This document shows, one piece after another, positions 9,531 through 18,937 of a stretch of DNA of 64,000 nucleotides. The stretch is from a virus. The position numbers were made by a program, and so were the translations under genes. Within the stretch, counting starts at the first letter, position 1. The number at the start of each line of letters is the position of its first letter. The notes beneath the pieces were generated by a model. It searched no databases. It was given only the letters and a program-made list of their open reading frames with translations, and was not told the origin of the DNA. The stretch covers positions 60,653 through 124,652 of IMG/VR virus record IMGVR_UViG_3300020170_000001. One strand, written 5' to 3'.

Positions 9531-11588
9531 TCACACTCCTGAGTCGACGAAGAAGCCGTAGGTGGAGGCCGGGCCGGCGAACCGTACGTAGGTTTTGCCT
9601 CCGGCGGTGACCGTGTCGCCGGCCACCGAGGCCACCAGGCTGCACACCGTCCCGTACAACAGCCCCCGGATGGCGTCCGGCCAGTTGATGACCGTGCGGG
9701 CGGAGCCAATCGGCACCCGCGACAGGCTGCACGGGTTGCCGTACAACGGCGCGGTGGTCGAGGTCGGCGTGTACGCCCCCGGGCTAATGGCGTTGGTGCC
9801 GCCCAAGTTGTTGTAGCAGTAACCGTTATGGATGCGGGCCTCGAAGTTCAAGAGCACCGACAACGTCTGCAGCGGCTCCCGGGTGAACCCGCCGACCTGC
9901 AGCAGGCTGTTGCTACCGATGGCCCAGGCATTGGTCTGGGCGGTCGGGAACTGCGCGGCCACCAGCGGCTGGCCCGTCGTGCCCGCCGGGAGCAAGTCCT
10001 CGTACAGGCCTGCGTAGAACCCCATCTCGGAAGCCGCCTTCACCCCGAGGATCACCCGGTCCGGGGTCGCGCTGAACCAGTAGGTGAACGGCGACCCGGC
10101 CGCGAGCGTAACTGAGGCTGGGCCCGCATGAGCCTGATCCGCGAGGGTAGCGACGTCCGGGTTGAGGTAGGTGCCGGTGACCGGAATCCCGCCCAGACCG
10201 CGCCCGCCGAAGTTGCTGGCCTTGTGTGTGCTCGTGTCGTAGGCTTCGGCGACCTGATAGAAGATCGTGTTGGCTGCTTCCGAGGCGCGGCGCAGGATCA
10301 GGTACCAGTCCGTGCCAGACGTATTCGACGCGCCGGGACTCTTGTAGACATCCGCGCAGGGGCTGGCCGACGTGCCGGGCATGTTCCGCGAGGTCCAGGT
10401 GATTCCATCCGACGAGGTCGCGGTGACGGTGGAGGTGCTGGTCGCGACGAGCTGGCCGCCCGCGTAGACCGGCTGATTCCAGCTGATGCTCACCGGCAGG
10501 GTCCGGGCGGTCCAGGTGATCCCGTCCGGCGAGGACAGAGCGACCGTGCCCGTGGTGTTGCACACCACCCAGACGCTGCCGGTGTAGACCGGCGGGTACC
10601 AGTTGCCGCTGACGGGCAGGGTTCGCTGGGTCCAGGTGATCCCGTCAGTAGAAGTCACCGCGACCGTGCCCGAAGCGGTGACCACCACCCAGATGCCGCC
10701 GGCATAGACCGGCGGTTGCCAGCCTGAGGCGGTGGGCAGGGTCCGCGAGGTCCAGGTAATGCCGTCCGGCGAGGTGTTAATCGTGGCAGAAGCGGAGTTG
10801 TTCATCAGAACCCACAGGTTGCTGCCGTTATGGACCGGCAAGTACCAGGCCATGCCAGACGTGGCCAGGGTCCGCTGTGTCCAGGTCACCCCGTCGGGCG
10901 AGGTCGCGGCGACGGTGGAGGCTGCGGTGTTGATCGCGATATACACGCTGCCGTTGTAGGCCAACTGCAGCCAGCTGGTACTGACTGGCAGGGTCCGCGC
11001 GGTCCAGGTGATCCCGTCGGACGAGGTCAGCACGTTGGTGCCCGCGTTGTTGATCGACAGGAACTGCCCGCCCGCGTAAATCGGCTGAATCCAGGTTGTG
11101 CTGACCGGCAGGGTCCGCTGGGTCCAGGTCACCCCGTCCGGCGAGCTCAAGGCGACGTTGCCCACGGTGTTGAATACGACCCAGATGCCGCCGCCGTACA
11201 CCGGCAGCCGCCAGGTGCCCGTGGTGGGTAGAGTCCGCTGGGTCCAGGTGATCCCGTCAGTCGAGGTCGCGGCGACTGTTCCTGAGGTGTTGAGCACCAG
11301 CCAGGTGCCGCCGCCATAGACCGCCTGCATCCAGAAGGATGCGGGGGTGGGAAGGCTCCGCTGGGTCCAGGTGAACCCGTCGGGCGAGGTCGCCACCGAG
11401 GTCGATGAGTTGATGGTCGAGACCACATACAGGTTGTTGGCGTACGTGGGCATCTGCCAGTTCGGGCCGGCGGGGCTGCTGAAGGTCTCCACGAAGGTGA
11501 GCCCGGCCGGGACCAGGGCCGTGTTCAGCGCCGCCATCAGATCCTTGGCAGGCAGGGCGCTGTTGATCGACGCCGTCGAATAACTCAT
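9531..11588 (-). CDS. Asp-box/BNR repeat beta-propeller virion protein
   Basis: Start MSYSTAS at an ATGA overlap; nine S(P/T/S)DG(I/V/F)TWTxR repeats. Confidence 0.8.
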   Translation of the reverse strand: MSYSTASINSALPAKDLMAALNTALVPAGLTFVETFSSPAGPNWQMPTYANNLYVVSTINSSTSVATSPDGFTWTQRSLPTPASFWMQAVYGGGTWLVLNTSGTVAATSTDGITWTQRTLPTTGTWRLPVYGGGIWVVFNTVGNVALSSPDGVTWTQRTLPVSTTWIQPIYAGGQFLSINNAGTNVLTSSDGITWTARTLPVSTSWLQLAYNGSVYIAINTAASTVAATSPDGVTWTQRTLATSGMAWYLPVHNGSNLWVLMNNSASATINTSPDGITWTSRTLPTASGWQPPVYAGGIWVVVTASGTVAVTSTDGITWTQRTLPVSGNWYPPVYTGSVWVVCNTTGTVALSSPDGITWTARTLPVSISWNQPVYAGGQLVATSTSTVTATSSDGITWTSRNMPGTSASPCADVYKSPGASNTSGTDWYLILRRASEAANTIFYQVAEAYDTSTHKASNFGGRGLGGIPVTGTYLNPDVATLADQAHAGPASVTLAAGSPFTYWFSATPDRVILGVKAASEMGFYAGLYEDLLPAGTTGQPLVAAQFPTAQTNAWAIGSNSLLQVGGFTREPLQTLSVLLNFEARIHNGYCYNNLGGTNAISPGAYTPTSTTAPLYGNPCSLSRVPIGSARTVINWPDAIRGLLYGTVCSLVASVAGDTVTAGGKTYVRFAGPASTYGFFVDSGV
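10381..11390 (-). repeat. Nine ~41-aa intragenic tandem repeats (Asp-box)
   Basis: Recurrent DNA motif GTCCAGGT...CCCGTC on the + strand at ~120-130-bp spacing. Confidence 0.9.
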
Positions 11589-12046
11589 CCGAACTTCTCC
11601 ACTCGCAGATTCGACAGCGTGAATACCCGGACGCTTGGTCCGGTGTTGCGGATCCCGACGAACAGGTCCTGCCCGGCGGCGTCGTTTTCGAGATACCAGG
11701 GCACGGGGTTGGAGTAGCTGGCGGTGGTGATCCCGATCGCCTGCAGCCACAAGGTGCCCGAGGTGTTGCCGGCTCCGCGGACTTCCAGGTCGAAGGAGCC
11801 GGCCGCGTCTACCGTGACCGTGATGAGGCTGACCAGGCCTCGCGCGGCGATGGACGGCACGGTGTAGTAGGTGAAGGCCGTCTGGCTGCCGGACTGGGTG
11901 CCCAGCGTCACGGCTGTCGCGGTGACCTTGCTCGGCCCGACGCCAACAGCCCACTGGTAGTCGAAGTCGACGGTGGACTTCTTCTGCAGAAACCACCCGG
12001 TCGTGCCGCCAGGCGGCACGCGAGAACCCGATCCCACTGACGGCAT
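11585..12046 (-). CDS. Virion fibre-associated protein
   Basis: PPGGTTGWFLQKKSTVDFDYQW motif shared with the fibre paralogs. Confidence 0.7.
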   Translation of the reverse strand: MPSVGSGSRVPPGGTTGWFLQKKSTVDFDYQWAVGVGPSKVTATAVTLGTQSGSQTAFTYYTVPSIAARGLVSLITVTVDAAGSFDLEVRGAGNTSGTLWLQAIGITTASYSNPVPWYLENDAAGQDLFVGIRNTGPSVRVFTLSNLRVEKFG

Positions 12047-12065
12047 GTGCGTCTCCTTGCCGAGA

Positions 12066-13610
12066 TCAGCCGACGATGACGCAGCGGTATTGGCCGGAGG
12101 TCGGCGCGGCCCCGAAGACCAGGGCGACGTTGTTGGCGTCGGTGCGCTGGACTTCGGCGTAGACGGTGTCGTAGGGGGCGGCGGCGGAGTACACCTCGAC
12201 GTGCACGTCGCGGGTGTTCAGGTTGTGGTTGATCGTGATGGTGGTGGCGACGCCGTCGCCGAGCGACGCGGCGAACCGGCGGGCGACGACCGCGGTGTCG
12301 ATGGCGATGTTGGCACCGACCACGATGCCCAGACCGGCAACGGCCTTGACACCGGGCACGCCGACCGCGAGGCCGCCGGACGGGTCGAGAACCGTGCTGA
12401 CCCCGGCTGCGGCGACCGCGATGCCGGAGTTCGGCTTGGGCACGACGGCCAGGCCGGTTGCGCTGGTCGCGAGACCGCCGGCCGGGTCGGTGGTGATGCC
12501 GACGCCGGTGACGTCGACGTCGAGGCCGTCGTTGGGCCGCAGCACCACGCTGACGCCGGTGGCGTCGACGCCGATGCCGGTGTTCGGCTTGGGCACCACA
12601 CCGACCCCGGCGGCGTCGACCGATAGGCCGCCGGTCGGGCGGGGCACCACGTACAGGCCGGTCGCGTCGGTGATCAGGCCGCTGATCGCGGGCAGTTTCG
12701 CCGCGATGCCGCTTACGCCGACCTGCAGACCTCCGGTGCCGGTGGCGACCGCCACAACGCCGGTCGCGCCGACGGTGACACCGTTGCCGGGCAGGACCTG
12801 CAAGCCGGTGGCATCAACGGTGAGGCCCTTGTTCGGGGCCAGCACCGTCTGCACGCCGGTGGCGTCGACGGCGAGGCCGGCGCTCGGCTTGATGGTGACG
12901 CCGGCACCGTTGGCGTCGGTGTCGAGGCCGTAGTTGGGGCGCGGGACGAACTTGAGGCCGTTGGTGTCCTCGAAGAGTCCGGCGTTCGCGACGAGCTTGA
13001 CCGCGACGCCGTTGGTCCCGACGTTCAGGCCTCCGGTGGGATCGGCGATCACGCCGATGCCGGAGCCGGTCACGGCGACGCCGCTGTTCGGGGCCGGGAC
13101 CGCGGTGACGACGTGGTTGGTGATGTCGACGCCGTTGCCGGCGGTGTAGATCGGCGAGGTGCCAGCGTTTAGCAGCGCCCACTGAATCGCCGTGGTGCCG
13201 ATGCTGATCGGCCCATCGGTGATCAGCACGTAGGTGTGGTTGCCGCTGGCGGTGCCCTCGGAGACGGTGACGGCCGTGCCGGGCCGCAGCTCGGCGTTGG
13301 TGTCGGCGTCAGCGGAGCGGGTCAGCGCGGTGCCGGTGAAGTCGTAGATGCCGTTCTCGATGGGGTTGGTCTGCCCCATGAGCAGGACGCGGTCGTTGGC
13401 GGCGAGGGTGACCCCGTCGATGGCCACGCCGGGCGCGCCGACGGTGACGTTGGCGGACGCTGCGACCCGGACGGCGTCCTTCCAGATCAGACCAGTCGCG
13501 ATGTTGTCGACATACTGCTTGGTAACCGCGTCGGTGCTGACGGCCGGAGCGCCCAGGTTGGTGATGCGGTTGAGCTTGAGGTCGAGAAGCTGGGTATAGG
13601 TAATTGCCAT
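12066..13610 (-). CDS. Head/tail fibre protein with GLxVDATGV shaft repeats
   Basis: NLGAP...DAVTKQYVD N-terminus, many ~18-aa Gly repeats and C-terminal INHNLNTRDV. Confidence 0.75.
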   Translation of the reverse strand: MAITYTQLLDLKLNRITNLGAPAVSTDAVTKQYVDNIATGLIWKDAVRVAASANVTVGAPGVAIDGVTLAANDRVLLMGQTNPIENGIYDFTGTALTRSADADTNAELRPGTAVTVSEGTASGNHTYVLITDGPISIGTTAIQWALLNAGTSPIYTAGNGVDITNHVVTAVPAPNSGVAVTGSGIGVIADPTGGLNVGTNGVAVKLVANAGLFEDTNGLKFVPRPNYGLDTDANGAGVTIKPSAGLAVDATGVQTVLAPNKGLTVDATGLQVLPGNGVTVGATGVVAVATGTGGLQVGVSGIAAKLPAISGLITDATGLYVVPRPTGGLSVDAAGVGVVPKPNTGIGVDATGVSVVLRPNDGLDVDVTGVGITTDPAGGLATSATGLAVVPKPNSGIAVAAAGVSTVLDPSGGLAVGVPGVKAVAGLGIVVGANIAIDTAVVARRFAASLGDGVATTITINHNLNTRDVHVEVYSAAAPYDTVYAEVQRTDANNVALVFGAAPTSGQYRCVIVG

Positions 13611-13622
13611 TTCGGGCGTCTC

Positions 13623-14090
13623 CTAGGGCCGCAGGTATGCCGTGCCGGTATATGGCGCGCTATGCACAACCACAGTCGTCTGGTCACTCGGGTGATGGAT
13701 TTCTGCGATCATTTCCTGACCGCCGCTGTCCAAAAGGATCACGTTCGGGATCAGGCTCATGTGGTGGTCGATGACCCACTGCGCAGCCGGAACCGTCTGA
13801 TGGTGGGTGAAGGAGATGCCCCCGCCGACAGCAACGCTCTGAATCTCGTCTTCGAGTTGCCGGGCGGTGTTTTCCCACTCGTATTGGAATCCGCGTCCGC
13901 CGCCTGCGGTCGGATCGGTGACATCGAGATCGGTCGTGCGGATCAGCGCGGCCCCGCGGATCTCCTTCTCCTCCGCTGCTGTCGAGAGCAGTGGGAAGGG
14001 AGCGCGCTGGGTCTTACGCAGCAATGGCCGGCGGGCACGATTCGACTGCCGCTCGTCGGACGGCTGGGAGGTGCTGTCGGCCCCTGACAC
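13623..14090 (-). CDS. Virion protein with C-terminal HHQ..WVIDH..GTAYL domain
   Basis: C-terminal domain paralogous to those of 8446 and 29707. Confidence 0.65.
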   Translation of the reverse strand: MSGADSTSQPSDERQSNRARRPLLRKTQRAPFPLLSTAAEEKEIRGAALIRTTDLDVTDPTAGGGRGFQYEWENTARQLEDEIQSVAVGGGISFTHHQTVPAAQWVIDHHMSLIPNVILLDSGGQEMIAEIHHPSDQTTVVVHSAPYTGTAYLRP

Positions 14091-14125
14091 GACCTACTAC
14101 ATCGGAAGGAGTCCGTGAGGACGGG

Positions 14126-14344
14126 CTATTCCTTGTTGCCGCTCAGCAGCGCAATGACCTCACGCAGCGACGCGATCTGTGCGTCGTGCAGCCGTAGTTG
14201 GGTTTGCATCTGATCCTGCACCGACCGCAGAACGTCGATCTGATCGACCAACGATTTTCTGGTCTGGGTGATGTCCCTTTCGGCGCTCAGGTCTTGCAGG
14301 TTGCTCAGCACCTCTGACAGCCTTTCCGCCGGTTCAGCGGCCAC
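14126..14344 (-). CDS. Small coiled-coil protein
   Basis: 72 aa with a heptad pattern; overlaps the upstream stop. Confidence 0.65.
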   Translation of the reverse strand: MAAEPAERLSEVLSNLQDLSAERDITQTRKSLVDQIDVLRSVQDQMQTQLRLHDAQIASLREVIALLSGNKE

Positions 14345-14648
14345 GACGTTTCGCCTCCGCCCGGTGCATCGCTGTGCGCAGCAGGAACCAGAATCCGAGA
14401 ACGAACCACACTACCGCGATGGCTTGAATGGTGTGATTGAGAACCATCCACTCCGAGTGTTGGAACCCGAAGGCCATCGACAGGTGAGTGATGGCGCAGG
14501 TGACGAAGAAGAACGAGCCGGCGAGCCGGACGGATCGCGAGAGCGGCAGGTAGCGCAGCACCGTGAATGGGACCACGCAGTAGCCGGCGACGATGACCAG
14601 ATTGGAGACGACGTTAAGTACCACCCAGTGCGGATCTCCCGGGATCAT
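14334..14648 (-). CDS. 3-TM protein resembling the ethylene-receptor (ETR1) N-terminal domain
   Basis: SNLVIVAGYCVVP and FFFVTCAITHL align in register with ETR1 SDFFIAIAYFSIP and AFIVLCGATHL. Confidence 0.65.
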   Translation of the reverse strand: MIPGDPHWVVLNVVSNLVIVAGYCVVPFTVLRYLPLSRSVRLAGSFFFVTCAITHLSMAFGFQHSEWMVLNHTIQAIAVVWFVLGFWFLLRTAMHRAEAKRRGR

Positions 14649-14650
14649 CG

Positions 14651-15169
14651 TCAGCGGCCCTGCAGAGCGGGGCCGCCCGGGTAGAGGCGCTGCATGCATT
14701 CCAGGAATTTCTCGCCCTTGGGATCGGTCGACAACGGGTTGGTACGCGCGCAGTAGAACCCGACCAGGTTGTACTGCTTGACCTGATCCAGGAGTTGGTT
14801 CTGCAGGATGGCGTTCCGCTTGCCGCACTCACCGGTCGAATTCACACAGTCCAACAGCAGGGAGTTGAGCCTGCTGACTTGTTCCTCCTGCTTCTGCGTC
14901 GCCGAAATGTTAACCGCGTTAACAATCGCGAGCGTCAGCAGAATGACCATCGCGCCGCCCACGAGGTAGGTGAGCCACCGGGTCTGGCGGTTGTTTTTCT
15001 CCAGCACGTCGATCTTCCGATCGCGGGCCTCGGTCTCTCGGCGCACGTGCTCCACTAGCGCCACCATGGTCTTGTTGGATTCGTGGTTCGCCGCAACAAG
15101 TTCCTCGACCGCGAGCGCACTGTGCAGGCGGCTGGCCTTCTCGTCGGCTGTCTCGCCCAGACCGGTCAT
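14651..15169 (-). CDS. Single-TM membrane protein with Cys-containing ectodomain (lysis-cassette-like)
   Basis: Coiled coil, then TM WLTYLVGGAMVILLTLAIV, then DCVNSTGEC. Confidence 0.7.
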   Translation of the reverse strand: MTGLGETADEKASRLHSALAVEELVAANHESNKTMVALVEHVRRETEARDRKIDVLEKNNRQTRWLTYLVGGAMVILLTLAIVNAVNISATQKQEEQVSRLNSLLLDCVNSTGECGKRNAILQNQLLDQVKQYNLVGFYCARTNPLSTDPKGEKFLECMQRLYPGGPALQGR

Positions 15170-15315
15170 CGCTCCACGCCCTTCAACTCATCCCGGAGTC
15201 GCCTGATGAGCTCCTCCTGCCGTTGCAGAATCCGGTCGTGTTCCTGAACGGCGCGCTGCAACTCCGCGAGAACGTCCTCAGTGTCTGTCTCAACACGACG
15301 CTCAGTGGCCGCCAT
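15166..15315 (-). CDS. Small coiled-coil protein
   Basis: MAATERR start after GAGGGGG. Confidence 0.55.
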   Translation of the reverse strand: MAATERRVETDTEDVLAELQRAVQEHDRILQRQEELIRRLRDELKGVER

Positions 15316-15706
15316 CGCGATCGCCCCCTCCAGGCGGGCCGACTTCCGCTGCACGTCCACGGCGAGGACCGCTGGGTGGATTGCCCTTATCCTGACGGAG
15401 GATGCTGTCACGTATTTTCATTTCGGTAATGAGTTGGATCGCCTCTTCCAGAACGTCGGCTACCTGCTTGTGCAGCAGGGCCGCTTCGACCTGCTTCGGC
15501 AGCAACTCGTTGCGAATGAATTCGTTCAGCTCCTTGGCTTGTTGCGCGGCCTGGTCGCTTTTCTCGCGTTCCCGAGCGATGGACCCACGGGTATACATGA
15601 TCATCAGGGCGGCGAAGATGCCCAGGACCCCGTACTGCAGGAGCGCGCCGACCGGATCTGTGGCGCTCGGGGAACTGGCCAGAACCAGGTCCTCGATGCG
15701 CAGCAT
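15302..15706 (-). CDS. Putative holin-like membrane protein
   Basis: N-terminal TM LLQYGVLGIFAALMIMY followed by a coiled coil. Confidence 0.5.
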   Translation of the reverse strand: MLRIEDLVLASSPSATDPVGALLQYGVLGIFAALMIMYTRGSIAREREKSDQAAQQAKELNEFIRNELLPKQVEAALLHKQVADVLEEAIQLITEMKIRDSILRQDKGNPPSGPRRGRAAEVGPPGGGDRDGGH

Positions 15707-15735
15707 GACAATCCCTATCGGATCGCAGAATAGGC

Positions 15736-15769
15736 GCAGCCTCCGCCCACTCGGGAGGGCGGAGGCTGC
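15736..15769 (-). terminator. Hairpin terminator after the capsid gene
   Basis: Perfect 13-bp stem GCAGCCTCCGCCC/GGGCGGAGGCTGC. Confidence 0.7.
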
Positions 15770-15784
15770 ACGGCATGGCCCGAT

Positions 15785-16786
15785 TTACGGCACGGTCACG
15801 TCAGCGACGAAGATCATCTGCTCGGGCCGGGTGATGACCGGCATGATGTTCCACTCCAGCAGGTACTGCCGGGCGGACGGGTCCTTGTCGATCCAGCTCT
15901 TGGAGAACTTTCCGGTGAAGTTGTCCGGGGCCTCTTCGTCGGCGGTCGGACCGACGTACATTTCGATCGGCCGCTGGTCGGTGTAGTTGCCCATGTAGAG
16001 CGCGTTGTCCGGAACGAACAGGGTGTTGTTGCCGGCGTCGTCGTCGTAGATCGTTTCGATGGTGTTCCAGTTCATGCCCATGAAGCCCGGCAGCGTCCCG
16101 CTGGCGAAGTACTGGTCCTTCATCCGGTCGGACATCAGGATCGAGGCGTTCGCGCCGTGGGAGGCGAACGAGTCGAAGATGTACGCCATGGTCAGTTCGG
16201 TGACGTAGCTGTCCTTGGCCTCGACCCGGCCGTCGCGGCGGATGAGGCGCTTGAAGGCGCGGATGTCGCCGACGATCTGCTGCGGCGTCGCGGTGTTCCA
16301 GCCGACCGTGACGGTGGGCTTGTGCGAGGCCGGGAATTGATAGTCGACGTTGGCCTGCACGTCGGGGAAGTCGTAGGTGATGCTGCCCTTCAGGGCCGCC
16401 CACAGCAGGAACTCGCCGAAGTTGTCGAACCGCTGGTTGAGGTCGTTGACCTCGCGGAGCACCGCCTGCTCGGCGTTGGTCTGGGCGAGCTGGCCGGGCT
16501 GGCGCAGCCAGTGCAGGGTGGTCGGCGAGAAGACCTTCTTCTCGCGCAGGTAGACGAACGCGGCGCTGGCCTGCGAACGGCCGAGCCGGGGCACGATGTG
16601 TGCCTCGCTGTTGGGCACGTTCGGCTTCGCGACCATGCGGGAGCCCTTGATGACATCCCAGGTGACCGAGGGGAACGGCCACGGGGTCTGCGGAACCTGG
16701 CTGAGCATCGTCAGGGTTTCCGGAGTGGTGAATTTCTCGACCACGCCCCGAAGGACCGTGGGTTCGAGAAGCGAAATCTGAGGCAC
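15785..16786 (-). CDS. Major capsid protein (lambda gpE-like)
   Basis: 333 aa with strong codon bias; KFSKSWIDKDPS..PVITRPE C-terminus; follows the protease and decoration genes. Confidence 0.85.
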   Translation of the reverse strand: MPQISLLEPTVLRGVVEKFTTPETLTMLSQVPQTPWPFPSVTWDVIKGSRMVAKPNVPNSEAHIVPRLGRSQASAAFVYLREKKVFSPTTLHWLRQPGQLAQTNAEQAVLREVNDLNQRFDNFGEFLLWAALKGSITYDFPDVQANVDYQFPASHKPTVTVGWNTATPQQIVGDIRAFKRLIRRDGRVEAKDSYVTELTMAYIFDSFASHGANASILMSDRMKDQYFASGTLPGFMGMNWNTIETIYDDDAGNNTLFVPDNALYMGNYTDQRPIEMYVGPTADEEAPDNFTGKFSKSWIDKDPSARQYLLEWNIMPVITRPEQMIFVADVTVP

Positions 16787-16947
16787 GGCGCGCTCCGAAT
16801 CGTGGGCAATCTCTGTTGTTCACCACAGCGACTCCGGAAGGAGCCCGGCCTGCGCCTCCCCTTGCGGGGAACACTTGGCTGGCCTAGTGCTTATCTCCAT
16901 CGGAAGGAGTTGTTACCTACCCGCTCTTTCGCTATTTGCGCGGAATA

Positions 16948-16989
16948 GCCGAAAGCCCCCAACCGGGTGACCGGGCAGGGGCTTTCGGC
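16948..16989 (-). terminator. Hairpin after the head decoration gene
   Basis: GCCGAAAGCCCC...GGGGCTTTCGGC inverted repeat. Confidence 0.65.
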
Positions 16990-17003
16990 GCTGGCGGCGG
17001 CGA

Positions 17004-17408
17004 TTAGAGCTTCATCGTCCCTCGGACGGTGTCGACGGTCGCGCCGAGGTCCGTGAGAGCTGCAGCGTCCGCGCCCACGATCAGGGGGTAGTTGAGGATG
17101 CCCTGGATGACAATGTTGCCGAGCTGGTCGTTTGCGGCGGAGACGACCGTGCTGGTGTCGACGCCGAAGCGCAGAACGCCGCGGGCGACCTGGGTTCCGT
17201 CAGCATTGGCGTTGCTGTAGGCGTAGTACTTCTTGTCGGCGGTCTTCTGGCCGAGCACCGTGCCGGCGGCAAGGACGCCCTGACCGGAGCCGAGGGTCAC
17301 GCCCTTCTGGGTGAATGCCGCGGTCGAGTACAGGATCTCGGGATCGGTGTAGGCGGCGGTCGGGTAGGTAAACCCCGGCACCGGGAGTTTCTGGAACTGA
17401 GTGGCCAT
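17004..17408 (-). CDS. Head decoration protein (lambda gpD-like)
   Basis: VTLGSGQGVLAAGTVLG...DGTQVARGVL; lies directly before the capsid gene. Confidence 0.8.
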   Translation of the reverse strand: MATQFQKLPVPGFTYPTAAYTDPEILYSTAAFTQKGVTLGSGQGVLAAGTVLGQKTADKKYYAYSNANADGTQVARGVLRFGVDTSTVVSAANDQLGNIVIQGILNYPLIVGADAAALTDLGATVDTVRGTMKL

Positions 17409-17444
17409 GTAGGCGACCTCTTCTTTCTGGTGCGCGGGGCGGTA

Positions 17445-18548
17445 TTACTTGGCGAGGATCTGCGATAGCCGCGCGATCTCGGCGTCGACGTCGACCTGGT
17501 GGTTTTTGGCCTTGGGCTCGTTGACGCCGAGCTCATTCGAGAGCTTGATGAACGGCTGCTCGGGAACGACCTTGACGAACATGTCGGAGTGCGACAGCTT
17601 CATCTCGACCATGACCTCGCGCTGGGCCGGGAAAATGCGGCCTTCGCTGATGAGCCCGTCCACGACGTGCTCGGCGTCCCGCTTTTCCAGCGAGGCGAGG
17701 CGGTTGGTCAGGGTGACGTTGTTGGTAGCCAACTCCTGAACCGCGCCGATCACCGTCTCGGTGCCGATGTCCTTGGCGTCGTCGGCCTTGGACAACTGCA
17801 CGACGCCGGCCGTGGCGAGCGCGTCGACAATGGTCTGGCTCAGCTCAGCCTGGCGCGTGTTTTCCGCGGTCTGGGCCTGCAGCGCCGACACGTCGATGTT
17901 GTGCTTGTCCTTGAGAGTGGCAAGCAGATCCTCCAGGGACGGCTCTGCCACAGTCTCGGTCTCCTTCTCGGGCATTCGCGTCTCCTTGGCGGGCTTTTCG
18001 ATGACGACCGTGTCGGAAAGCAGCACGGCTGCTTCTCCTGATCTATCGGTCGTAGCTGCCACAATCTCCTCGTAGTCGTCCAGATCGATGACGTACGGCC
18101 GATTGGTGACACAAGAATGCAGGAGGGTCGGGCCGACCTTTTTCTGGTCCTTGGTGTTGGTGTAATCGAGGGAAAGCATCGCGGAGGCACCGAGATAGGT
18201 CTTGCCCATGCGATCGGCGTGCATCGGATCACGAATATCCATGACAGCGAAAAGCTTGTCGCCGTCGATCTGCAGATCGACGACCTCACCGATGTTGCGG
18301 TCGGGTTCCTCGCTGTGCTCGTTTTTCGCATTGGCAAGGGGGACCTGCACGATGGGGCAGACGCCGTCTTCGAAGTTCTTCTTCAGCTTGGCGATGAAGT
18401 CGTCATCGATGTTGACCTCGCCGACGGCGGGGTGGACGAGCGTTCCCTTGGTGAGAAGGTGCTTCCGGAAGAGTCGACCCTGGCGGGTGCGCGCCAGTTC
18501 GACGTAGCCGTCGCCGTTGGACGGAACGATGACTAGTTCGTCACCCAT
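17445..18548 (-). CDS. Capsid maturation protease/scaffold (Mu gpI-like)
   Basis: YLGASAML, GPTLLHSCVTNRPY and a helical C-terminal scaffold; RBS GGAGG. Confidence 0.8.
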   Translation of the reverse strand: MGDELVIVPSNGDGYVELARTRQGRLFRKHLLTKGTLVHPAVGEVNIDDDFIAKLKKNFEDGVCPIVQVPLANAKNEHSEEPDRNIGEVVDLQIDGDKLFAVMDIRDPMHADRMGKTYLGASAMLSLDYTNTKDQKKVGPTLLHSCVTNRPYVIDLDDYEEIVAATTDRSGEAAVLLSDTVVIEKPAKETRMPEKETETVAEPSLEDLLATLKDKHNIDVSALQAQTAENTRQAELSQTIVDALATAGVVQLSKADDAKDIGTETVIGAVQELATNNVTLTNRLASLEKRDAEHVVDGLISEGRIFPAQREVMVEMKLSHSDMFVKVVPEQPFIKLSNELGVNEPKAKNHQVDVDAEIARLSQILAK

Positions 18549-18599
18549 GTTCGAACCTCCCTGAATCACCGTCCTTAATCGGACGGGCCCGGGAGGTGT

Positions 18600-18896
18600 C
18601 TAGCTCTGGGCCCAGGCGCGCCGGAACTGAGCGAGGACAATGCTCAACGCGATGCCGTCGTTGACCTCGACCGTCTGGAATTGGTCGAGCATCGTGGGCT
18701 CGGTCGCGGCGATGAGATCCATCCATTCGGCGACCGGCATGTCGATGTCGCGTGACGCCATGAGTTCGCGTGCGCGGGCGCTGATGGCGACGTCGAGGCT
18801 CTCGGGGTAGAAATGGGAGAGCACGCCAGCGTCGCTGTAGCTCCATGCACCAATTGGGCCAAGGCTTTGGTCGATGTGGACCAGCACATACTGCAT
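18600..18896 (-). CDS. Hypothetical protein
   Basis: MQYVLVH start after GAGG; 98 aa. Confidence 0.6.
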   Translation of the reverse strand: MQYVLVHIDQSLGPIGAWSYSDAGVLSHFYPESLDVAISARARELMASRDIDMPVAEWMDLIAATEPTMLDQFQTVEVNDGIALSIVLAQFRRAWAQS

Positions 18897-18937
18897 AGCT
18901 GCACCGTTCCTCGGATAAGCATGGCTTGCCCCCGTCA

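Noticed and set aside
10381-11390. Diversity-generating retroelement template/variable repeats
   Set aside because: The repeats are in-frame protein repeats, and no reverse transcriptase is present in the window.
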